In this document: positions 53,101-60,788 of the stretch, in pieces | How positions within the stretch are numbered: the stretch's first letter is position 1 | Layout: every line of letters starts with the position of its first letter | From: Podarcis cretensis | Lineage: Eukaryota | NCBI GenBank assembly: GCA_951804945.1 | Contig: OX638155.1 | Span: forward strand, 72,850,001-72,914,000 | DNA length: 64,000 bases | Reading direction: 5' to 3' | The notes under the pieces: model-generated | The model's input: the letters and a program-made list of their open reading frames with translations, nothing else | Told to the model about the DNA's origin: nothing | Database searches by the model: none | Translations under genes and position numbers: made by a program

Positions 53101-56100
53101 CGCAAACTGTTTCCTGAGAATGCATTGTGTTCAGATAGTGGGAACTGCATATAATGACCATTAATAACTTTGCACACTGCTTCTCACTCCCACTCCTCTA
53201 GTGTACATCTTCCTGGTTGTTATTTGGTTTTGTGTTGCAAAGTTACCTGTCGAGGGCTTCCCTAAAATATTTTTTCTGGATATCAAAATGGAAGACTGTT
53301 CGCTCTGTGTCTGTCGAAGCATTGTCTGAGCCTCCGTGCTTCTTTAAGAATGTATCGAACCCATTCTCATCTGGGTATTTCTGGCTACCCATAAACACCA
53401 CTGAAAGAAAACATTGAAAAAATTGGGTGCATGCCTTCCAATCCTGGGATATGCTCAGAGCATGTACTGCTGCTGATCATTTCAATGAACCCCATGCATA
53501 TCTCTTGCTGAATCTTTTTGCTTTAAGCCAAACAGCTTTCGCGATACATTGGAAGGAGTGCAAGACTTGATTGTGGCAAACCTCAAAGGCTGGGGGGATG
53601 GTTTTATAACACTTGGGTCATTACACTACTGTCACACACTGGCTGGACACAGAGGAATGGTGGGAGGAACCAGCTGGGAACCCCCAAGGGAAGAAATTTC
53701 AGAGCCCTGGGAGGAAGTGTCTGAAGCTGAAGAGGTCACAGGGCTTAGTGAGCAGGGAGAGTCTGTGGCAGAGAGATGTGCAGAGTCAGAGTCAGAAGTT
53801 GAAGCAGGGGAGAAGGGAGGCCAAGAGGCAGAAGTGAATCAATCTGGTGAAGAAGTTAGGGTGTCTTCCCCTCCTGCTGCGACAAGCTCCCCTTCCTCCA
53901 CATCTCCCAGAACCAAGAGAGGCATGAAGAGGGTGGAGGAGAAGTCAGTTTCATGCTGCCGTAGTCTCCAATTTCTTGGGAAAACCCTGGAGAGAAGGGG
54001 ACTTAGGCAGCTGGTGAGGGGCATGGAGCTTCCATCTCAGCAATTGCTTCACAGGGCAAGACCTGCCGGAGATGAGTTGCTGTGCTCATTAGGCCTGTGC
54101 GACCCATACAGCACATAGGCAGCAATTATTCACACAATTAATATTCTTGTTCAAAAACAATTTTTCACCATTTATCAAATTTGTGAGAATAAGACAACTA
54201 CTTACAAAGTGCCATGAAAACTTATAAGCTATCTAAAATAAAGTGAACTTGCAGCATCAGATATTTATTATTTTTATTTTATTTATTAATTGTGTGAATA
54301 ATTGCCGCCTATGTGCGGTACGGGTTGCACAATCATTATTAACAGCACAGGTTATTTTTATTTTATTTATTAATTGTGTGAATAATTGCTGCCTGTGCTG
54401 CATGCATTGCACAATCATTATTAACAGCACAGGTTATTTTTATTTTATTTATTAATTGTGTGAATAATTGCCGCCTATGTGCTGTATGGGGTTGCACAAT
54501 TGTTATTAACGGCACAGGTTGCATTTCTTCAGCAGTGCTCATTAGTGCAGATCCTGTTTTTGCTAACAGTCATCTCCAACTTGCTCAGTGTAATTTACTG
54601 TTGGCTCGATGCTGTCACTGCAGAGCAGACTCTGCTCTGAATCCAAGGCCAATCTCAGCACTTGGAACCTTGGGCAGCTCCTAAGATCCAGGTGCTGTAG
54701 CAGAACCCACAAGCATTGTTTGGGCCCTCCGGACTGCCTTTTCCCTCAGCCATGAGTTTATCTGGTGGCAGCAACAGAATCTGGGAAAGTGCCTGCTGTT
54801 TTAACCTCCCCCTGCAGTGCCACAGAGTACACACAGAAGTCTTCTACCCTCTCAGACCTCTGAAATGAGGCTCAGAAGCAGCTTTGTACTTCAGGATAGT
54901 TTGCTGTGTGTCCTTGGTTATGAACTGTGTGTGCCCACGGGCCAAGAAAGGTTGGTGACCCCTTATCTAATGTGATGTTGCTCTGAGGCATTATGGGAAA
55001 TTTAAAAGGTGGGTGGCTTCCCAGACTCAGTTGTTACTGCTAGGCAACCACTAGAATGGTCCACTAGGAGGGATTTTGGAAGGTCCCCCTCAAATGTGGT
55101 ACTGCATATTGCATGGTATCACAGAGCAGGCAAATAAAGCAGGGTTCCCCAACCACCCCAGTGATTTCATTATGCAGATATGTTCACAAAACATTCCTCA
55201 AGTCTGATGTTTTGGAATACATCCCATCATCCCTGACCATTGGGCATACTGGCTGGAGCTAGTGGGCTCTGGAGTCCGAAATATCTGGAGACACCAAGCT
55301 GAGGGGGGGTATGAGATTATGGGAAGACATTGCTTTCTTTGGGCCATTAACTGCTAAGTTTATTTATTATTAATCTATTAATTCTTTTCAACCATGATTT
55401 CATCAACTTTTAAAATAAAACTATAAATCAGTTTCAAGCTGTGAGTAAAAGAAAATATTGATAATTGTGTTTTGATTCCAGAAAACTGCCTCCCAGGCCA
55501 ATAAATTATAGACTATCTTTTCAGTGGCTTTCTTTTTTGGTAGAAAGACATATAGAAGTAGCTACGTACTGTGCTCCAAAAAATGAGCTAGTCCAGGTAA
55601 ATCATCAGGGTCACAGAAACTGCCAACACCAACAGCAAGGGCAGCTGCAGACTGTAATATATATAGAGAGAGAGGGGGGGGGAGGATAGACATTATATCA
55701 CAAAGAAAGCAGCATGTTTCCCCAATATAAAAGAATTCCAGTTCCATCACAATGCTTCCCCATCTTAAAGAAAACAGATCAAGACTTAGGCTGCATTCAC
55801 ACCATAAATTTGAAGCACATTGAATGCAAATTATTTTCCCCAAAGAATACTGGGAGCTGTAGCTTAGCCTAGAACTACAGTTCCCAGGATTTGTTGGAGG
55901 GGCAATAATGTGCTTTCAGTGTATGGTGAGGTGTGTCTCCAGCTCCAAGGGCCTTCTGGTGGTTCCTTCTCTGCAAAAAGAGAAGTTACAGGGAACCAGG
56001 CAGAAGGCCTTCTCAGTAGTGGTGCCTGCCCCGTGGAATGCCCTCCCTTTAGATGTCAAGGACATTAAAGAACTACACAACTTTCTGAAGACTTCTGAAG

Positions 56101-58880
56101 GCAGCCCTGTATTGGGATAATGCTTGATATTTTGCTGTGTTTTTATTATGTTGGAAGCCACTCAGAGTGGCTGGGGCAACCCAGTCAGATGTGTGGTGTA
56201 TAAGTAATATAATATGTTGTTGTTGACACCAAAATTCTCTTTGTAGTCACCTGTATTTTCCATACTGTGTAAGTAAGTATTAGTTCTATGAAAAATTTTC
56301 TGTGCAGTGCCCCTCCATCCAATCCAGTCAGAAGTATAGCTCATTCTCCCCCTTTCATAGAGGACTCAAAACCTTATTCATAGAATCATAGAATCATAGA
56401 GTTGGAAGAGACCACAAGGGCCATCGAGTCCAACCCCCTGCCAAGCAGGAAACACCATCAGAGCACTCCTGACATATGGTTGTCAAGCCTCTGCTTAAAG
56501 ACCTCCAAAGAAGGAGACTCCACCACACTCCTTGGCAGCAAATTCCACTGTCGAACAGCTCTTACTGTCAGGAAGTTCTTCCTAATGTTTAGGTGGAATC
56601 TTCTTTCATGTAGTTTGGAACCATTGCCCCGTGTCCGCTTCTCTGGAGCAGCAGAAAACAACCTTTCTCCCTCCTCTATGTGACATCCTTTTATATATTT
56701 GAACATGGCTATCATATCACCCCTTAACCTCCTCTTCTCCAGGCTAAACATGCCCAGCTCCCTTAGCCGTTCCTCCTGTGGTTTCCAGAAACTGGTATTC
56801 AGAATCATTACTGCATCTGACCATGAAGGTGGAGCATAGCCATGACTTTGATAGCCCTTTCCTCCATGAAACGTGCTGTGATATTCCTTTTCCTTGTTCA
56901 TCACTATTGCTTTTATCCATTTTGTAAACCGCCTTTGGAAAGATTTCATTTTGAAGGGCAGGTTAAAAATGGAAAATATATATTAATAAAGGTTAAAAAC
57001 CACTGTCGTATGAGCCAATTCAAATAATATATAGGTATACACCTACAAAAATTAAAAATGTGGCTAAAAGAGGCTTGCATAGAGATGTGTATTGTACAGG
57101 TATACTCACTGATTTGTTGCTCCTCCCTGTTGAACATACCTTACAGGTTTCCCTTTTTGTTGTGTGTCAAATATTTAGCTTAGGGAAAAGGTTGCCTGGT
57201 CAACATGCAGTTGTGCTGCTTGCTAACGTACCTGCTTTTCTGTGCTGTCCATCTTATTTTCCTCTTCTTTCTTGACTAGCTGTTCATAAATTTCATAGTC
57301 ATCGTTCTCGTCTTTGATTCTGCTTTCACGACGCTCTTTTTGTTTACCTTTTTTACCATGACCACTTAGAACTCCACCATAACCTTCAATAGTGGCCTCT
57401 TTTCCTCCAGGTACTTCTCCAAATTCTTCCACATTCCCATACTTCTCATCCTCAAAGCTGCTGTCTTTCCCATCGTCCGTATCAGAGGACATGTCTTCCT
57501 CTTCTGACGCCTCAGAAGAATTGCAGTCATCCATATATAAGTCAGAAATAAGCAGAGCGTTCAGGCCATTGCTTAATTTTATGTACCTGCAAAAGTAATT
57601 CCATGAGCATTTTTATCGTTTCTATTTCTCTTTTTGCCCAATGTGGGCGTGCATTTACCAAGATGGCAGTCACCACTCCCTTCTCTATTAACCTGGGGAT
57701 GTGCAGGGAGAAAAATGCAAGGATAATCCGGTCAAGGAGAGGGTTTTCAAATGCCTATCCAGTAACTAAACCCACCCTTTGTGGAAAGCAGCCTGTTGAG
57801 GATGAGTATGAACAATTCTGGATTGAGAAAAACTACATTATTTTTTTGCACTATGGATGGGTCAGTGTGAGCACAGCCCAAGTGTCCAACCAGCACCATG
57901 TCCTGCTTGCAACAGAAGTCAACAGACAATCACAGGAAGTCCCCAGCAGAGCATGAGAACAACAGTCACTCCCCTCTCATTTGTTGCCCCACCCCATCAA
58001 CTGGTATTAGTTGCTTGCCTATCTCTGAACCTTGATGTTCCAGTTACCTAATATCCTAAGTAAAACTGATCTGTCCGCCATAAATTTATCTACCTTTTTA
58101 AATACTATATCTAATCCAGAGCCCATAATCAGATCTTGCGGCAACAAATTGCACTAGGTGATTAAATGTCATTCAAATGTCTTCCCTTTTTTGTCTGTTT
58201 TGCATCTATTTACCCTGAATTCTAGTGCCGTGAAAGAGACGGAAAATATTCCCTTTCCATGATCTATAATTGTATAAATCTCTATTATGTCCTCCAGTTT
58301 GTCAACATCTCCTTACAAGCTCCAAGCAGTGAAGCATCTCAAAAAGAACATGGGAAACAATTCTCCACGAGATCGCAATAGGCAACCTTCGCCTATTGTC
58401 ACTGAGTTAAGCACAGCCTACCCACTTCCCAATAATAGGAATTCATGCAGATTTCCTGGGAGTCAAGTTCCCACCATTGCATTAAAAAAATAAATTGCCA
58501 CTACTAGCCAGGTATGCTGGTGGGAATGCCTTGATATTGCTTAATTGCTTCTTAATTTTTAAACTTACTATGTGACCGAGTCTGTACTTTTAGGTTATTT
58601 ACGTACTTGGGACACACTGGGACATTTACAGTGCTGCTGGCCTCTTGAGGGGGGTTGCTCTTTTCTCCAGACCCTTTATTCACCTGTATTCTTTGTGGTC
58701 GCTGGGGGACTTCACAATATCGGGGTCCCCTGCGTTTTTCTTGGCCCGGCGCTTGTGTCCTTCCTCGTCAGAGTCTTCCTGTTGTGCCTGGGTCCTTCGA
58801 CACCCCTGCCGTCTCCCCTGCTGCGGTGGGCGTAAGACTGGGCAGTTCTCAGTCACATCGGGCTTTGTCCCTCTAGACAT
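18297..58880 (-). CDS. NRDC: Nardilysin / nardilysin-like Zn metalloendopeptidase (M16A), 31 coding exons, 3375 nt, 1124 aa
   Basis: 31 GT-AG exons join in frame. Peptides match nardilysin throughout ([56 protein letters not shown]). Exon order and splice phases are internally consistent. Confidence 0.97.
18800..19037. mobile_element. Tc1/mariner (Tigger-like) MITE, subfamily A
   Basis: TA-CAGTGGTACCTC...GAGGTACCACTG-TA. Confidence 0.9.
19177..19428. mobile_element. Tc1/mariner MITE, subfamily B
   Basis: TA-CAGTCATACCTC...GAGGTACCACTG-TA. Confidence 0.88.
19525..19660 (-). mobile_element. Short SINE with tRNA head and CR1-type tail
   Basis: gatagctcagttggtagag...ggttcaatcc A/B boxes; ttccaactctacagttctatgat tail. 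Confidence 0.8.
20090..20260 (+). mobile_element. tRNA(Ala)-derived SINE, degenerate (copies also ~37893-38065 -, ~42672-42820 +, ~62183-62355 +)
   Basis: tagctca..gtagagcatctgctttgcatgcag...ggttcaatcc head and shared gagctagatggacc body. Confidence 0.75.
21629..21718 (-). CDS. NRDC: NRDC-like exon 30 ([30 protein letters not shown])
   Basis: 90 nt, AG/GT boundaries. Confidence 0.95.
22741..22857 (-). CDS. NRDC: NRDC-like exon 29 (VSALIKLK...[24 protein letters not shown])
   Basis: 117 nt, AG/GT boundaries. Confidence 0.97.
23182..23685 (+). mobile_element. Solo LTR (Gypsy-like), 504 bp
   Basis: TGTGACG...CGCCACA ends, perfect 5-bp TSD ccagg, CCAAT, TATAAAA and AATAAA; splits an older palindromic MITE (cf. 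39930-40100). Confidence 0.88.
23830..24205. mobile_element. Interspersed repeat, unassigned (RTE 5'UTR/SINE-like)
   Basis: GC-richer block resembling lizard retroposon sequence; family not determined. Confidence 0.35.
24280..24370 (-). CDS. NRDC: NRDC-like exon 28 ([30 protein letters not shown])
   Basis: 91 nt, AG/GT boundaries. Confidence 0.96.
26426..26509 (-). CDS. NRDC: NRDC-like exon 27 ([28 protein letters not shown])
   Basis: 84 nt, AG/GT boundaries. Confidence 0.97.
   Translation of the reverse strand, partial: LPCLPFHKKYIWDPGFLCYRNNTGNQI
27724..27939. mobile_element. Penelope-like element terminal-repeat remnant forming a perfect 180-bp palindrome
   Basis: 27760-27939 is self-complementary; 13-bp TSD ctgaaattcttgt (27711-27723 / 27940-27952); gtagccgtgttggtctg...gtagcaccttaaagaccaac is typical of vertebrate PLE ends. 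Confidence 0.85.
27849..27884 (+). ncRNA. Minimal hammerhead-ribozyme-like motif (mirror copy on - strand, 27815-27850)
   Basis: CUGAAGA-A-GUGUG(CAUG)CACAC-GAAA-GC-UC; palindromic stem III (AGCU); stem I only ~3 bp. Confidence 0.6.
28002..28054 (-). CDS. NRDC: NRDC-like exon 26 ([18 protein letters not shown])
   Basis: 53 nt, AG/GT boundaries. Confidence 0.97.
28525..28879 (-). mobile_element. Sauria SINE (older subfamily), followed by (TTA)n at 28883-28922
   Basis: Homology to 45-409; aaggta tail. Confidence 0.9.
29343..29390 (-). CDS. NRDC: NRDC-like exon 25 ([16 protein letters not shown])
   Basis: 48 nt, AG/GT boundaries. Confidence 0.94.
30698..30836 (-). CDS. NRDC: NRDC-like exon 24 (KLQFVPL...[22 protein letters not shown])
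   Basis: 139 nt, AG/GT boundaries. Confidence 0.96.
31226..31263. repeat. (TTTG)n microsatellite
   Basis: Direct reading. Confidence 0.95.
32002..32033 (-). CDS. NRDC: NRDC-like exon 23 ([11 protein letters not shown])
   Basis: 32-nt exon, cctag|...|gtgagt; phases fit. Confidence 0.9.
32227..32389 (-). CDS. NRDC: NRDC-like exon 22 ([13 protein letters not shown]...[12 protein letters not shown])
   Basis: 163 nt, AG/GT boundaries. Confidence 0.96.
32988..33115 (-). CDS. NRDC: NRDC-like exon 21 ([10 protein letters not shown]...EQLKKTYFN...LAK)
   Basis: 128 nt, AG/GT boundaries. Confidence 0.96.
33290..33870 (-). mobile_element. Degenerate L2 ORF2 endonuclease region
   Basis: [17 protein letters not shown]...[12 protein letters not shown] (GDFN-like APE motif). 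Confidence 0.7.
34016..34166 (-). CDS. NRDC: NRDC-like exon 20 (MVLFDTFV...[11 protein letters not shown]...KGFNHKLP)
   Basis: 151 nt, AG/GT boundaries. Confidence 0.97.
34632..34725. repeat. Perfect 47-bp tandem duplication
   Basis: tattgtattattatatttcatctagatatattttccagtattcagag x2. Confidence 0.95.
35152..35203 (-). CDS. NRDC: NRDC-like exon 19 ([18 protein letters not shown])
   Basis: 52 nt, long pyrimidine tract + CAG, gtaagt donor; phases fit the neighbouring exons. Confidence 0.92.
35570..35855 (-). mobile_element. DIRS-like retrotransposon tyrosine-recombinase relic
   Basis: [14 protein letters not shown]...FHRDRV...[10 protein letters not shown]...[10 protein letters not shown]...HSLDV. 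Confidence 0.75.
36411..36530 (-). CDS. NRDC: NRDC-like exon 18 (TDFTVKK...[15 protein letters not shown])
   Basis: 120 nt, AG/GT boundaries. Confidence 0.96.
37283..37369 (-). CDS. NRDC: NRDC-like exon 17 ([28 protein letters not shown])
   Basis: 87 nt, AG/GT boundaries. Confidence 0.95.
   Translation of the reverse strand, partial: KSMHTGAHCGTLISCCIQIYTYQKKINL
37730..37878 (-). mobile_element. Sauria SINE 3' fragment
   Basis: aaaggtaaaggtaaggggacccctgacc... Confidence 0.85.
38157..38280 (-). CDS. NRDC: NRDC-like exon 16 ([15 protein letters not shown]...[11 protein letters not shown])
   Basis: 124 nt, AG/GT boundaries. Confidence 0.96.
38502..38606 (-). CDS. NRDC: NRDC-like exon 15 ([12 protein letters not shown]...[11 protein letters not shown])
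   Basis: 105 nt, AG/GT boundaries. Confidence 0.95.
38790..38844 (-). CDS. NRDC: NRDC-like exon 14 ([18 protein letters not shown])
   Basis: 55 nt, AG/GT boundaries. Confidence 0.95.
39523..39581 (-). CDS. NRDC: NRDC-like exon 13 ([20 protein letters not shown])
   Basis: 59 nt, AG/GT boundaries. Confidence 0.95.
40512..40632 (-). CDS. NRDC: NRDC-like exon 12 ([22 protein letters not shown]...EHFYE)
   Basis: 121 nt, AG/GT boundaries. Confidence 0.97.
40855..40938. repeat. Compound (CT)n(CA)n microsatellite
   Basis: Direct reading. Confidence 0.97.
41090..41600 (-). mobile_element. Old L2 3' end
   Basis: Remnant [22 protein letters not shown]; T-rich tail. Confidence 0.6.
42233..42310 (-). 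CDS. NRDC: NRDC-like exon 11 ([25 protein letters not shown])
   Basis: 78 nt, AG/GT boundaries. Confidence 0.96.
42822..43140 (+). mobile_element. L2 ORF2 3' fragment
   Basis: [28 protein letters not shown]...APTWWNAL. Confidence 0.85.
43192..43261 (-). CDS. NRDC: NRDC-like exon 10 ([23 protein letters not shown])
   Basis: 70 nt, AG/GT boundaries. Confidence 0.95.
43495..43741 (-). mobile_element. tRNA-derived MIR/CORE-like squamate SINE
   Basis: gccagtgtggtctagtggttaagag...gggttcgattcc head, gtgaccttgggctagtcac core, (CTT)n tail. Confidence 0.8.
44279..44352 (-). CDS. NRDC: NRDC-like exon 9 ([24 protein letters not shown])
   Basis: 74 nt, AG/GT boundaries. Confidence 0.96.
45069..45126 (-). 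CDS. NRDC: NRDC-like exon 8 ([18 protein letters not shown])
   Basis: 58 nt, AG/GT boundaries. Confidence 0.96.
45151..45204. repeat. (GA)n(GAA)n microsatellite just upstream of the exon 8 acceptor
   Basis: Direct reading. Confidence 0.95.
46034..46248. mobile_element. Tc1/mariner MITE, subfamily A
   Basis: TA-CAGTGGTAC...GAGGTACCACTG-TA. Confidence 0.9.
46711..47299. mobile_element. Tc1/mariner MITE (subfamily A, inverted) interrupted by a Sauria SINE (~46719-47060, - strand)
   Basis: TA-CAGTGGTA | SINE | GGTACCTCAGG...GTACCACTG-TA. Confidence 0.88.
47518..47640 (-). CDS. NRDC: NRDC-like exon 7 ([11 protein letters not shown]...[10 protein letters not shown])
   Basis: 123 nt, AG/GT boundaries. 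Confidence 0.96.
47927..48103. mobile_element. Tc2/pogo-like MITE with internal direct repeat
   Basis: taccatattcactcga...ctcgagtacggta ends; aggtgcgcattagattcgatggcacatt x2. Confidence 0.65.
48962..49057 (-). CDS. NRDC: NRDC-like exon 6 ([31 protein letters not shown])
   Basis: 96 nt, AG/GT boundaries. Confidence 0.96.
50094..50521 (-). mobile_element. L2 3' end with (ATT)n tail
   Basis: Reverse-complement match to 6105-6550. Confidence 0.88.
50522..50885 (-). mobile_element. Sauria SINE, full-length, young, nested in L2
   Basis: About 5 substitutions relative to 45-409; 14-bp TSD tgcttggaaacgta. Confidence 0.94.
52487..52560 (-). CDS. NRDC: NRDC-like exon 5 ([24 protein letters not shown])
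   Basis: 74 nt; the third Zn-ligand Glu codon spans exons 5/6. Confidence 0.97.
53247..53400 (-). CDS. NRDC: NRDC-like exon 4 ([16 protein letters not shown]...EALDR)
   Basis: 154 nt, AG/GT boundaries. Confidence 0.97.
53630..54089 (+). mobile_element. LTR-like (Gypsy) remnant
   Basis: TGTCACA start and purine-rich low-complexity body; similar in character to 60496-61170; no TSD found. Confidence 0.55.
54090..54520. mobile_element. MITE with right terminal segment triplicated (~85-bp units)
   Basis: 54092-54142 is the reverse complement of the unit repeated three times in 54268-54520. Confidence 0.75.
55570..55651 (-). CDS. NRDC: NRDC-like exon 3 ([27 protein letters not shown]; HXXEH motif)
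   Basis: 82 nt, AG/GT boundaries. Confidence 0.97.
55935..56210 (+). mobile_element. L2 3' end
   Basis: GLLVVPSL...[20 protein letters not shown]. Confidence 0.85.
56379..56775 (-). mobile_element. CR1 3' end, same young subfamily as 8575-9631
   Basis: Near-identical to 8575-8972; (ATTCTATG)n tail. Confidence 0.95.
57232..57586 (-). CDS. NRDC: NRDC-like exon 2 ([15 protein letters not shown] + acidic domain...TEKQ)
   Basis: ttttgcag| acceptor, |gtacgt donor, 355 nt. Confidence 0.93.
58684..58880 (-). CDS. NRDC: NRDC-like coding exon 1 (MSRGTK...[12 protein letters not shown])
   Basis: ATG at 58880 corresponds to the internal Met of mammalian NRDC (MPGRNK); donor AG|gtgaat. Confidence 0.88.
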
Positions 58881-59654
58881 AGCTGTGGCTCTGAGGTGAT
58901 TTGCGAGGTGCTTGCCAGCTACCCTGCACTTGAATTTCCCACCTAGTTACTGTCTTGCAGAAACTTCTGTTCTTCCATACCAAAACCAGCCTCCTTGACA
59001 GGACTATACAATCCATCCCAGACCCTGTTGGATGCTTGGATTCTTGAGAGATAGCATCTGTTTATGACATAGATAAAGGAACAAGCCATGATTCCATGAG
59101 GGGTAGTGAGGGAAATAAGACAAGAAATGGAGAAAACTAAGCACATCAAATTCATTCATTCAGTCACCTATGTATAAATTGGTTGGTTTGTTTGAAACCT
59201 TTGTATCCAGGTTTGTTTGTTTTTTACTTATAAAAAGCCCTCAAGTTACTTCAAGAGAGATTTGGGTTTTTCTAAATTTACCTTTAAAAACTTATATCTT
59301 GCCTTTCATCTGAAATAATCTAAGGGTGGGTAACAACAATCAAAATCACATAAAACCAGACAGGAAAATTAGTACACAAGGTAGCAGCAAGCAGTAGAAA
59401 TTACTATAAAAAGTTGGCATCTAAAAATTTGTCTGAATAAAGATCATAAATATCATTAAAAGCTTGAGTGAACAGGACATGCACCATAGGGTATCTAAAA
59501 GATTATTCTGTTTTACAATATGCCTCATTATTTGTGTAATCAATGGAGTTACCCCAAGACTGCATAAAAATTGTTGTGTACCCGTAGTTTGCCATGCATG
59601 GGAAAAAAATATTATTTTTTGTTCCTTCCTCTTGCCTACATATAAACTCTTGTA

Positions 59655-59824
59655 CAGTGGTACCTCGGGTTACATACACTTCAGGTTACATACGCTTCAG
59701 GTTACAGACTCCACTTACCCAGAAATAGTACCTCGGGTTAAGAACTTTGCTTCAGGATGAGAACAGTTTCAGGTTAAGAACGGATCTCCGGAACAAATTA
59801 GGAACTTAACCAAAGGTACCACTG
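59655..59824. mobile_element. Tc1/mariner MITE, subfamily A (internally deleted)
   Basis: TA-flanked CAGTGGTACC TIRs. Confidence 0.88.
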
Positions 59825-60272
59825 TAGTCTGTTAAAACTGTGATGGTTTTGATATATACACTTTGATGTAACTTTGTTAGTATATTGGGAGACATTGTTT
59901 TATTTCCATTTTGTGTGATTGTTACATGTCATATGTTCTAATAAATACATTTTTCTAAAAAGAAAGATAACAACGAAGGCACCGAAAAACTATGGCTCTG
60001 GAGATAGTTCCACCATTTGGACACCTGTACAGAAAAGGCCCATTCTTTTGTAGCCTTTGCCTAACACAGTAGTGAGGAACCATTCTTCAGCATAAGGGTC
60101 ACGTTTCCTTGTGGTCTGCCTTCTGGGGACTGATGGCCAGGGATGAGCAGAGCAACAAATGTGGTTCTTATCTCTGTACAGTAGGCTTCAGTGCAGCCAC
60201 ACAAATGTCAGAGGTTTCAACATGTATATCTCTCTAGCCATCCATGCTTGGTGTTGGTTAGGTTATTAGAAA

Positions 60273-60315
60273 GAAGAAGAAGAAGAAGAAGAAGAAGAAG
60301 AAGAAGAAGAAGAAG
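60273..60315. repeat. (GAA)n microsatellite
   Basis: Direct reading. Confidence 0.95.
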
Positions 60316-60573
60316 ACAACGAACTGGAGAACATATTACAAATTTATATGATTATACATGGTAAGAGTAACAGGGTTGCACTCCTCTTTCTCTCTCTCAA
60401 TAAAGGTCATCCACCAGAGTGTTCAAACCTGATTCTATCCTCAACCCAGCCCTGAAGTCAGACTGAGGTGGATCCAGATAATCAGTGTCATCCATTGTAA
60501 AGGTGGTGTTTCCCCTTCGCGGTTACACTCCGGCACAGTCAGTGTGGTATTTACAGTCTTTATTACATATACA

Positions 60574-60788
60574 CAGTGGTAGCTTGGGTTACAAATGCTT
60601 CAGGTTACAGACTCCGCTAACCCAGAAATAGTACCTCAGGTTAAGAACTTTGCTTCAGGATGAGAACAGAAATCGTGCAGTGGCAGCAGGAGGCCCCATT
60701 AGCTAAAGTGGTACCTCAGGTTAAGAACAGTTTCAGGTTAAGAATGGACCTCCAGAAAGAATTAAGTTCTTAACCTGAGGTTCCACTG
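60574..60788. mobile_element. Tc1/mariner MITE, subfamily A, inside an LTR-like remnant (~60496-61170)
   Basis: TIRs CAGTGG...CCACTG-TA; the flank has ~90-bp internal direct repeats. Confidence 0.8.

Noticed and set aside
53549-54118. 189-aa Glu-rich ORF that might be taken for an extra acidic domain
   Set aside because: Wrong strand for the gene, and lies in a purine-rich LTR-like repeat (similar case at 60857-61165).
54262-54520. Regular repeats superficially like a CRISPR array
   Set aside because: Head-to-tail units without unique spacers, in a vertebrate intron; explained as a MITE end.
55652-57231. Alternative exons for the long mammalian NRDC isoform insert after TEKQ; intronic miR-761
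   Set aside because: No recognisable homologous exon or hairpin; this intron is mostly L2 and CR1. Absence by eye is not proof.
18297-58880. Pseudogene interpretation of the divergent nardilysin
   Set aside because: All 30 introns are GT-AG, phases are consistent, there are no internal stops, and catalytic residues are intact.
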